Both the position numbers and the translations under genes were made by a program. From Camelus ferus (taxonomy: Eukaryota): a stretch of 64,000 bases of DNA. This document shows positions 53,769 to 64,000 of the stretch, piece after piece (positions within the stretch are counted from its first letter, which is position 1; the number at the start of each line of letters is the position of its first letter). The DNA lies in NCBI RefSeq assembly GCF_009834535.1, contig NC_045697.1:14882001-14946000 (forward strand), written 5' to 3'. Below the pieces are notes generated by a model, which saw only the letters and a program-made list of their open reading frames with translations, did not search any database and had not been told where the DNA came from.

Positions 53769-54260
53769 CAGTACAGTCTCCAACTTATGATAGTTCTACT
53801 AAACTTTTTTAACTTCACGATGGTGCAAAAGCATTTAAGTATTCAGTAGGAATCATACTTTGAGTTCTGAATGTTGATTTTTTTGGTGGGGCTAGCAACA
53901 CTCCCTTTTGATAGGCAGCGGTAGCGAGACAGAGTTTCCAATCAGCCACACAATCAGGAGAGTAAACAACCAACATGCTTACAACCACGCCGCACCCAGA
54001 CAACCAATCTGCTTTTCACTTTCAGTACAGTATCCAATAAATTAAATAAGACATTCAATACCTGATTGTAGAACAGTCTTTGTGTCAGGTGATTCTGCCC
54101 AACTGTAGGCTAATGTAAGTATTCTGAGTATGCTTAATGCAGGCTAGACTGAACTATGATCTTTGGTAGGTCAGGTGCATTAAATGCATTTCCAATTTAG
54201 AATATTTTCAACTTACAATGGATTTACCAGGAGGCAACTCCATAAGTCGAGGAAGATCTG
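53769..54260 (-). mobile_element. Tigger5/MER47 family (TcMar) DNA transposon
   Basis: TIR-like ends cagtacagtctccaacttatga and cataagtcgaggaagatctg followed by TA; internal gcccaactgtaggctaatgtaagt...gcattaaatgcattt. Confidence 0.88.
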
Positions 54261-54639
54261 TAAATATATCCATTGATATAAGTCATTTTATTAATTCATT
54301 TCTCTAGGATTTCCATGAACAGACATAAAAAAACATTATTGATTATATGTCACTGGTTCTTCTGCCAAGAGCCCATTTTGTGAGCTCAGGGCATTAAGCA
54401 GATACACGTGGACTGGTTACTTGAACGGTCTTAACTTCAGGAGGTACATCAGGAAATAAATTGATCTGTCTTCAACCACTGCCTTCAGGCTATCTCTTCC
54501 CCATCTCTGCATAACATCTGGGGAATCACCCCATGCTCTACGTCATTTATGTTTTAAGGAAGACTCCCACTTTGAAATCTAAGACTCAACTTCCTGTATG
54601 AACCTATTCAATCCAGTCTAATTAACACTTTATCCTCCA

Positions 54640-55550
54640 GTGCAAACCTCTCCCCTGCAGCCCCCACCCAGGCTACAGCCCAGCCTCGAGGAGCTATAGT
54701 GGAGTAAACAGCTCCCTTTACTCCTCTCTGCCTTTCAGCTCTTCATGCTGCCACTCAGTCTGCTGCTTCAGAGCCCTCCAAAGTCTGAGTGAGAGGAGTT
54801 GAGAGGAGAATGAATAGGCAACAGGTGTTTTAGTTACATGGCGCTGGTTAGAGTTCTCCTTTGGCTTTGGATTTTACCTTTGGATTCCAAATACTGGCTT
54901 CCTACTGGGACATAAATGGAGTCCCTGCTAGGCCATCTGTGGTGCACTCTTCTCTGACACAGGGGGACCACTCACTGGCTGACCTGAAGTCACAGCTCCT
55001 GAGCCTCCTATTCACTCCAGTCTACCCCACAGACTCTAAACGCGGGGCCCCTTTGTCTAGTAGATAGCCCTCTTAGTTAAGGTCCCACTAGATGGGTTGT
55101 GATTATCTCCTAAAACATCCACTAGGCCAATGGGAAATCACTACATCCTGGTGGAAGCTTCAGCTACGACATCCCCTGTCTATCCTGTTCTCCCACCTCC
55201 AGGAGCTCCAGAAATCATCTACCTTCAGAATTTTCCAGGAAGAAAGAAGGGCCAGCCTATGCTCAGGTGTGTGCACACCACTAACTACTGAGGAAATGTT
55301 TAAGGTCTCCTAAGAACTGTATCCTTGCACTCCATTCGAGCATACTAGGTCGGCCCTTAAGTTTCTGCTACTCAGCAAGTTTCTGGCTGGGCAATAAGTG
55401 CCCTGTCCACCCATCCAGCACACCACACAGTTATCTCTGAAATGATCTCCTGAAAATTCCTTCTTTCACTTGAATGGAGCACACCTTTTCCATTTATAAA
55501 GGGTAGGAGAAAAGACAAGGGCCTGTCTGAGTAGATCTAAGACTCACTAC
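54640..55550. mobile_element. Ancient ERV1-type LTR (LTR78-like)
   Basis: GC-richer ~900 bp block with ggggcccctttgtctagtagatagccctcttagttaaggtc, recalled from LTR78. Boundaries approximate. Confidence 0.45.
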
Positions 55551-55734
55551 CACAGTAACAAATTCCATCTACCAAAGACTTTTGGCTTTTTTTTTTTAAT
55601 AGGGTATATGGGAGTTCAAATGACCACGGAGGCAGCCTCTCAGCAAGCTGGTGCCTGGCACTACAGCTAGAGCCCAGATATAAAGATAACAGAAAAAGGT
55701 TCATTCTACTCTCTATTAAATATTTAAAGAGGAC

Positions 55735-55910
55735 ATTTATCATATGCTTTGTATGAAGGATTTTACAATCGTTATCTCCTTTAATCCTTATAACGATTAT
55801 ATGAGGTAGAGAGAACTACTCCCCAGTGTCACAGATGATGAAATAGCAACTCAATAAATTGGTCCAGATCATCAAACATCTTGTAAGTGACCGAGCTGGG
55901 ATGAGACTCT
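55735..55910 (-). mobile_element. MIR SINE
   Basis: ttatctcctttaatccttataac...atgaggtag...acagatgatgaaa...gtaagtgaccgagctgggat. Confidence 0.7.
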
Positions 55911-58169
55911 GCCCCATAGCTGGGTGATGCCAATTCAACTACCTCAGTGTTAAATATTCATGGGATGACAAATAGGAGATGCAATTATTTTTAATTAATT
56001 TGAGTTTTGGCCTTAAAAATTGAGGAGAATTAACTGGAAATCTATTAGAAGTCATAAGGGACTGACTTTAAAAATGAATAATCTTCTAAATACCAATGAC
56101 AACAAGATAGAAAATACAATGCGGGGAACATCTAATGCAAAACTGCATTACCACCAATATCAATCATAACATTTAAAATTAGTCAATAATAATGTTAATT
56201 AATTAACATTTAAAATAACATTTAGGACTAGGCCTAACTAGAAATCCGAAAGTCTTCTATAGGAAATAAATTTCAATAAAAGTTTAGTAAGACATAAAAC
56301 ATTTTTTTTAATTTTAAAAAACAGCATGTTATGTACTTGTTTGGAAAGTGAATATGGCAAAGTTAACAAATTTTTCCAAATTAACTTATAGGTGCGACAC
56401 AATTCAAAATTAAAATTTCCCAGAGGAATATAATTTTGAGCCTGACACAGTAATGTATTCTGGAAGAAAAGTTGAGTTAAAAAAAAAAATTAAAAAGTAG
56501 CCAAGGAGAGACATTAGCAAAAGATACTAGAGCAAGCTGTAAATCTTCAATATGCTTTTAAAACCGCAATGTGTGTGTGTGTGTATGTGTGTGTATGCTG
56601 GTTACTGATTTATTGACTTTCAACTCTTTATCTATCCTTCTTTAGTGATATTTGAAAATGAAGCTAATCCCTGTAAACAGTATTTCTTTGCCAGCTGGCT
56701 GGATGTTAAGCTCAGTTAGCAGAGGGCACTGAGTAGGCATTACAAGAAGGGGTTTTCCTTCTTGGTTGTGGTGTGCGTACTCGGCAGAATTCCACAGTGC
56801 ACATGATTTCTCCAGAACCATCTCCTTTTGGGCACAGCAGCCAGCAGCTCCCTCAAGCGCCTCTCTCAGGCAGTTTTATAGTAGAGTGCCTCTAATATTA
56901 GACACCTCCTCATTATGGTTTTCCCTAGAATCACCACAGTGCCCTCTCCAACAAGGTCAGGATCCCATACTTGGAGAAGAGGGGCTCAACTTATAAGTGT
57001 TTCACTGCAACTGGAGTTTTTCTGGAAGGAGAAAGGGACAGAATTCTAAAGCAGCAATCAAAGTGAAAGAAGACACTTAACTCCCTCTACTGGTTCTGTG
57101 GTATCAGTGGAGAGGGGTGAAGGACAACACTATCTGACAAGACTGGGGGAGAAGCTCAAAGGAACATTAAGAAGCGTGGACTTAAGGGACTTTGCCAAGG
57201 ACAGACTGCAGTCCAGTGGTTGCTGTGGAAGACTCTGTGAGGCTGGGGGAAAGTAGGAGATTAGATTAAATAAGAATATGGAAACAACCCCAGAATACTA
57301 GGTTAAGACTCCAGATGAAGTTGAATGATGAGGAGGTTTAGGATTTTGTGGTGAGTATTTTGAGTGGTAACATTTTTTTTTTCTCATAAGGAATTAATTT
57401 CATTACAAAGGCAGACAGACTTCCACATATAGGCAACTAGTAAGGCTGTCTGATTTCAAATTGAACATGCATTTTGATGGGTGATTTTCAATGTTTACAG
57501 TTGGTTGCTAAGACCAGTGAGTGGGGGAGGTTAAAGGTAGATGAGGAACTATTTTTATTTTACTTGGAAATGTTTTCTCTTCTTTGCTTTTTTAATTGTA
57601 ATTTTTTTCCTTTTTCAGTTTTATTAGGTAGACTTTTTATAGTTTGCACATATACATTATATTGCATGTAAATACATATATATACACAATATTCTGCACT
57701 TTTTTTAGTTTACATGTACTGATCATTGTTTTTCTAAGAACAGATTAGAGCTTTTGCTTTTTAAACTTACACAGTTATCAAAGGAATAAAGCCAACCACA
57801 AAACAAGAATCAAAAGAATGTGGTAATCCAATCATAAAGGACAGTCAAATGTGCTTACACATATTCAAGAAATCCATCATCTAATTTATAAGAGTGGCAA
57901 CATTTTTAAACACTGAGTTTTTTTGTTGCTGGTGGTGGTACAGTCTGGATCCCTAAACAATCCAGAACTCAACACACCCTTTGCATTTTCCCCTGTAGAG
58001 AGACCTCATTCTCCACCAGTTCTGATGATTAGTACTGAGGCCACTTAAACAAATTGACCTAATTTATTTCCTATATCTTCCACAAGAGATAGCACGAGCT
58101 ACACAAAATTAGAGTTAAAAGAAAGGGAGTTAATTCAGTCAAAATATTGTTTCAGTACTGCTAGGTCCT

Positions 58170-58372
58170 AGAGTAGTCTTTCTCAAAGTGGAGTCTGTTG
58201 ACTGTCGACATCAGAAATAACTGGGGGCGCCAGTTAAATAGCAAATTCTAGCTCACATCCTCAGATTCTCATTCCAGAGGTCTGTGGGTGGGGCCCAGTA
58301 ATCTGCATGGTTTAAACCCAGGGGCTGATTTTGATGCAGGTGTCCTAGGGCCACTCTTTGAGAGATACTTCT
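58170..58372. mobile_element. MER5-family hAT-Charlie transposon
   Basis: ttctcaaagtgg...catcagaaataactggg...gggtggggcccagtaatctgcat...actctttgaga. Confidence 0.8.
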
Positions 58373-59989
58373 AAGATAAATTAATGTTTTCATATGTTAC
58401 AAGCTAATACAAAAAGATACTACAAGCCAAAATAAAAATGAACAAGCAAGAAAAGTTGCTTTGTTTGTTTTTTATGCTATCACACCATCCATTAACTTTG
58501 GATCCCACTTCAAATGAAAGTTTACCTCTGTAGAAGGAGCTCAGGAGATTGGGAGTGAGACCACAGCTTATCAGAGAAACAGGGAAGGAAGAGGTGTCTC
58601 GTTACTGGAGATAGGCTGACCAACGTTGCTGAGAATCAACAAAGAAAAATCATGGGACCAAATCAGGGACGTGTGACAAGAGTGTGTCAACTACTTTCTT
58701 CCTTTGTTGCAGGGTCCAGTGGGACAGCTCAGCCTGGGGACATAGATTCAGAAAGTTTGGCTTCTTAAGCCCTGAGAGTAAAAAAGTGTCTAGCCCAACT
58801 CTAGCAAGGGGACAGACACCTGACACACTCCAAACCAGTATCGCCATCTTGATCTTGGTTTGACCTTTATCAGCTCTTGACTGATCCAACATGACTGGCC
58901 TCCCTGCTTCCAGGCTCAACCTCATTCAATCTTCTCAACATGCTGCAGCCAGCAATAGATTTCTAAGTACCAATCTGATCATTGCAACCCCTATCATAAT
59001 ATTTCAGATCCCAGTGTCTGGAGGATAATGTCCAGTCTCCATCTCATGGGCATGTAGAAGGGGTCATCTCTCCTTTAGCTAAAGTAAACTAGTCGAGTTA
59101 AAAATCTAGCCTTCATATGCACAACTCTGTGATATTGGACAAGTTATTTAACTGCCTTGTGCTGAAGTTTTCTCATCTATAAAACATATGTAAAATTATA
59201 TGGAGCGCCACTCACATGAAGTATGATGCAAACAGCACCCCCTGGAGCAGGGCAATGAAATTGCCTGAAAATGCACACCTCGAATGACTGCTGTAAGATG
59301 AAAGGATCTGTAAACAGAAAGTCTGCAGAATAGTGCTAGGCTCATAGGCAGCCTTCAGTAAGAGCTGTCTCAGTAATTATCCCTCTGACATTTCCATGTG
59401 ACTCTTGTTTTCTGTCCTTATCAAATTACTTACAGATTGTTAATCATGCAGCTTCACACCTCAGGCTTTAGTACCACTACCTTTCAGCTCAAATGCATCC
59501 CCCTGTCCAAAGGATGAACTCCCACACCTGTCAAGCCCTGGCTTAGGGTGTCTTTCTGGGAACTTCCCTCACTCCACCCAGTTTTCACTCTCACCTTTTC
59601 ATTAAAGCCACATCAAGTCCACACCTCCATTGTTACAGTAAATCCTTTCCACTGTTATAAGTCTTTCACAGCCTTCTACAAGAATATGCCCCAAACGATG
59701 CCATTAGTTACACCACCTCCAAAACCAACGCCGCTGCCTCTTAAACCTTTTCTGTATTGGATACCTTTCTCTAAATCAACTCACAATTTCGCTTACATAC
59801 ATTTCAAAGGAAACTTTATACAACTATCCTGAATTGGTAAGTTACGACACAAGTTATTCTAAAATAAATAATTGCAACAACAAAAGCTTGTCGTCCATCT
59901 GTCAACAGCAAAGTCCATTAACAATTCACAGGAATTAAAAATGTAATCTGGGTAGTAGAATAAAGTCTAACCTTTTTTTCCCCCTTTTC

Positions 59990-60300
59990 CGTTGTGCTCA
60001 GTCTCGTGTCACTTGCTCGTAGGGTACGGAGGGAGGAAGCCTTGCCCCTGGCCTTTCAGATCAGAGTTCCTGGTGCACTGGGGCCTCACGGACACCTCGG
60101 CTCCGCGGGGCCGGGGACAAAAGCGCCCGGGGTGCCAGACGCCGCAATCCAAGATGGCGGCGGCGGGCAGTGTGCACAGAGACTGCGCGGGGCACCGTGA
60201 CCTGGAGCGCTGAGCTGCGCCTGCGCCAGCCCGGGAGAAGCCCCGCCCCCTCCCCGGAGACAGATCCCTGTCAAGCAGCCCCGCCCCGGGACTAAGGGGA
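59990..60300. promoter_or_regulatory. Small CpG-island-like promoter candidate with YY1, NRF1 and GC-box motifs
   Basis: About 25+ CpGs in ~300 bp in a CpG-depleted window; CAAGATGGCGGC 60150-60161, TGCGCCTGCGC 60216-60226, CCCCGCCCC at 60241 and 60279. Confidence 0.7.
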
Positions 60301-60465
60301 GAGGAGAGCCTGTGCTCTGGAGCCCAAGCTGGCATCTCTCCATTCTGTGATCCAAGAACAAAGTTTCCCTTTACTTCTAAACCGAACTCAGTCTCGTTTT
60401 ATTGGCACAAGCGACACGAGCAGAAGGACCCTTATTGGGGCCTGACTCAAAAGAGTGGATGACAC
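60265..60465 (+). mobile_element. ERV LTR-like R/U5 segment
   Basis: tgtgctctggagc...ctccattctgtgatccaagaacaaagtttcccttt (degenerate aataaa)...ctcagtctcgttttattggcacaagcgacacgagcagaaggaccc resembles ERV1 LTR 3' ends. No TSD verified. Confidence 0.55.
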
Positions 60466-61699
60466 ATCTATAGCTAATCCATCTGATCACAGCACTCTGG
60501 TGGAAAATTCTGCATAGTATATAAAAATTCTTTGGACGTCGCAAGCTCTGTCTTTACGTCCCCAGTGTCTACTATAATGTTGGTTAAGTAGTAGTATCTA
60601 AGCAAATGATTCTTGAATTGCCACAATCTTTCAGAAAGCCCTCACTTCAAATCTTGACTTTAAAAGAGGGGGTAGGGACTACAGATTTTTACAAATTTAA
60701 AACTTTACTAGCAGAGTGAGATACTGCAGGAATAAATTCACCTGAATATCATTCGTTGATGGAAACAGAATTTTCAAATCTGCAACTGAAGGTACAGGCT
60801 GTCTATATGCAGGTAAAAAATTTTTTTAATTCCTTGAATTAACTGTTGTGAGAAATTTTGGTTGCCCCCAAAGAACTACTACTTTTTCCTTTGGGATACT
60901 AACAACTATGCAATTGTCTTTGGCCAGAAGATACTTCAGAGACAAATATGGACATCAGCCCTAAGAACAGCTCAAGACCTTACTCTGTGCTACTTATCAC
61001 TCTTTTTCTGTTAGTGTTACTTCACTTTTGAATATTTTTCTTGTCCCTTTTTCAGGTTTTGCTTTATTATTTTAATTTATGTTTTTCTTATAATTTAACA
61101 TTTCTATTGAACCAGATGAATAATTGCATTAATTAAATAAATCATCAAATAAATCAATGGATGAATGGATTGTTGGATAACTAAGCAAGATCATGATCAG
61201 CAGAGAGATACACTGATACATTTAACCAATTTAACTGGTTGGTGGGGGTGGGAATAGTAAAGAGACAGGCAGTTGGACAAGAGGTAAATGTAAATACCTC
61301 TCATTGGACAGTTGTTTTTTTTTTTTTTTCCACACTTAGTCTCTTGTTACAACAACTTGAGGACACAGACTGTTGACATCAATCAAGGAAAAAGAACTGT
61401 GCTGATGAGAGGTGCTAGAGATGAGTGGTGGGTGTGCTAGTAAAGTGGATCACACACCTCTGTCTCATAACGAAGCACAAAGTACATTACATTATGGAAG
61501 AGTGAACAGTGACTCTGATTCACAAGGAAATGAGAAACCTAACCCAGCTGGAAAACTCACAACCAGGAAAAGGGCAACTGATTTTCTTTGCTGCTTGAGC
61601 GATACAATCACTGTTCCCATGATGAACTGGCTTACTTACAAGGCTACACGATATTATAATGTTCTTTATTAAAATATCTTCCACATATATCATTTAAAG

Positions 61700-61840
61700 T
61701 CAAGGATATATTGTACAGTGCAGGGAACAAAGCCAATATTTTATGATAACTTTGGAGTATAATCTATAAAAATATTGAATCACTATATTGTACACCTAAA
61801 ACAAGTAGAATATTGTGAATCAACTCTATTTTAATTTAAG
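61700..61840 (+). mobile_element. Short artiodactyl-type L1 3' UTR fragment
   Basis: aaggatatattgtacagtgcagggaa...gaatcactatattgtacacctaaaac...atattgtgaatcaactcta. Confidence 0.8.
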
Positions 61841-62305
61841 AAGTTGTGAAAAATACAACATAAGCATTGATAACAACTCAAAACTAATGGAACTATATGA
61901 TAGCATAAAGGATGTACTTAAAAGATCTAAGAAATTATTGGCAAAAAAGTTGAATAAAGTAGTTTCCTTTTTTTCCTTCATAGAAATCTCTCAGGAGTAT
62001 ACCTATTTGACAAATACATGACATGTAAGTTTATGTAAAATGCGGAGTAATTTGGCTATAGCATAAGGAATCTCGTGTCTTTGAGGACACAGAGGGATTC
62101 TACCAGCAGATGTACAGTGTGATGAAAGTATTTCACTTTAAAAAAACATATTAAAACTGATGATTAAACAGTCACTTTGAAATAGAACATTATAATTTAT
62201 GCATAGACACTTTGATTTCAGAGTTGATGGATGTAACCGTTACTTTAAAAAGCTGATTTATCTTCCAAGTACTATACAATATATTAGGCTGGTTCTTGAC
62301 TTCCA

Positions 62306-62327
62306 GTCTCTCTCTCTTTCTCACACA

Positions 62328-62371
<44 letters not shown>
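62306..62371. repeat. (CT)n(CA)n compound microsatellite
   Basis: tctctctctctttctcacacacacacatacacacac... Confidence 0.95.
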
Positions 62372-62379
<8 letters not shown>

Positions 62380-64000
62380 ATTCACAAAGCAGGTTTTATC
62401 CTTATAATTTTGGAAAATGAAGTATCCAGGAACACAGACAGTAATTTATGACTTGGTAAAATGTATTTGACATACTCAGAAATTCAAATTCATATACAAA
62501 GTCGATAATACTGGATTCCTTTATAAACCCCAGCATGTAGGGAGTAAAATAAAAGGGCTGCCACAACTCCAACGACAGCAAATAAAACCGACTAAGAGGC
62601 GCTTAAGCATCAATCTCTATAGTCCCACTATTTCTAAAGGGCTCATGTCTTTGTGTTCATCTTGGACATGCGTGTGTCTCAGAGACCATCATGGAAACTA
62701 CCAGGGCACAATTTGACTTGTCACCTTAATTTGAGGTGTGCCCAGGTGATAGAACTGAGTCAGGAGCCAAGTGACCTGGTGCTATTTTCTGAAGTTACCA
62801 CTCATCGGTTTATTTGATGTTTAGCAACTTCAACTTAAACTACTTCCTGGAGGCTTACTTATTTATTAAAAAATAAATAAAAATAAAAAGAGAGAGACAT
62901 CCCTCATCCCTCGCAGAGAGAAGGGGCTCCACTGTAGATCGCCCTCTGCAGGGCAGCCTGCACACAGTCTCACAGTCCTCGGTGCGCTTTGAGAGTTCTG
63001 TGGCTTAAATAAGACACTCAACTCTACCAGCAAAAGGGACCACCTAACTGGAGGAGCAATGACGATCAATACCCCTGACTTAGCTCAAAGGCAGAGCAGC
63101 ATCTGGAACTCCATGGGTCATCAAGAGATTGACCTGTTGTTGATCTGACCTGACCTGCACATTTTCGAGAAGCAGCCAGAATTCAGTCAGGAGGATGTCA
63201 GCTCAGTGGGCAAAAGGGCTGTCAACTGACATGTGAGTTGCCTTTTATCAAACCCCTGTAGCCTCACAGATTTGCAGTGATGTGCATTTTTAAAATAAAA
63301 AAGGCAATAAACTCAACATTCAATATGCAGTCAACAAAAACCAAAACAAACCAATCAAAAAACATTAAAAATTATCTTTGCCCCAGAGGGCTTAAATTAG
63401 ACATAGGATATGGAATAAATATAGAATTAAATCATTACTCTTTTTTTTACTGAAAAGTGCATGGAAGTTTAAGGGCATTGACTTATTAGAAATGTATAAG
63501 TTTATCCCAGTATTAAATCCTGTTTTAATGTATGAAAAAGGAACTGAGGAAATGAATGTATTTGTGTTTATTTTTGTTCAAACTCAACCATAAAATTACT
63601 CTAATGAATCCCATGGAAAATGCCTGTAAGTCTCATCTGAGCTCATTATTCAGGCTTAAAATTTTATTGGAGACCTTGTCAAATTAAAACTGATTAAATT
63701 TATGGAACTCAGGTTAAAACCATTGACTATGCAGAGTTGAAAATTATATCATGACTCCCAAATGACGATGACACTAGTCACACCTTTTGTCCCATCTCAA
63801 TGTGTAAGGTGATTCTCATTTTTCTTAGCTTCATCTTTTTCACTTTGAAGACACTCCATGTTCAAATCTTTGTTAATATAGTTCCAAGTAAAGAAAAGTC
63901 TTTAAAGCACAAGTACGAGGATAGTAGCATAACATTTAGGTGAGACCTCTAATCTCGAACTTCTGAATTTCTTATAAGTCAAGGTATTTTGCATTCTTTA

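Noticed and set aside
60154..60213. ATG in strong Kozak context (MAAAGSVHRD...) as a first coding exon
   Set aside because: It stops after 19 codons with no convincing donor before the stop; AAGATGGCG is explained as a YY1 motif.
1..64000. CRISPR arrays, operons, rRNA or a nameable host gene
   Set aside because: Mammalian repeat-rich non-coding DNA; no spaced direct-repeat array, rRNA or recognisable exon series was seen.

Overview
AT-rich mammalian intergenic or deep-intronic DNA. It is probably an even-toed ungulate, most likely a camelid: this is inferred from the 3' UTRs of the young LINE-1 copies and from seeing no Alu, Bov-A/Bov-tA, PRE1 or Can-SINE. No host protein-coding exon can be supported. 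The only real coding traces are LINE-1 ORF2 remnants (13918-15543; 43702-45590) and decayed L2 RT motifs. The window is a mosaic of young and old L1s, L2, MIR, MaLR/ERV LTRs, hAT and Tigger DNA transposons and microsatellites, separated by repeat-free blocks that look like developmental enhancers. Highlights: (1) a tail-less retrocopy of the 5' half of elongator tRNA-Met between 17-bp target-site duplications (1660-1731); (2) the only CpG-dense patch (~59990-60300), with YY1/NRF1/GC-box motifs, fused to an LTR-like R/U5 segment and with no recognisable gene; (3) a recent L1 with a perfect TSD and in-frame indels relative to an older sister copy; (4) an L1 lacking its poly(A) tail and TSD, nested in an LTR nested in an old L1. 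Repeat family names come from recalled consensus similarity and need RepeatMasker/Dfam confirmation.
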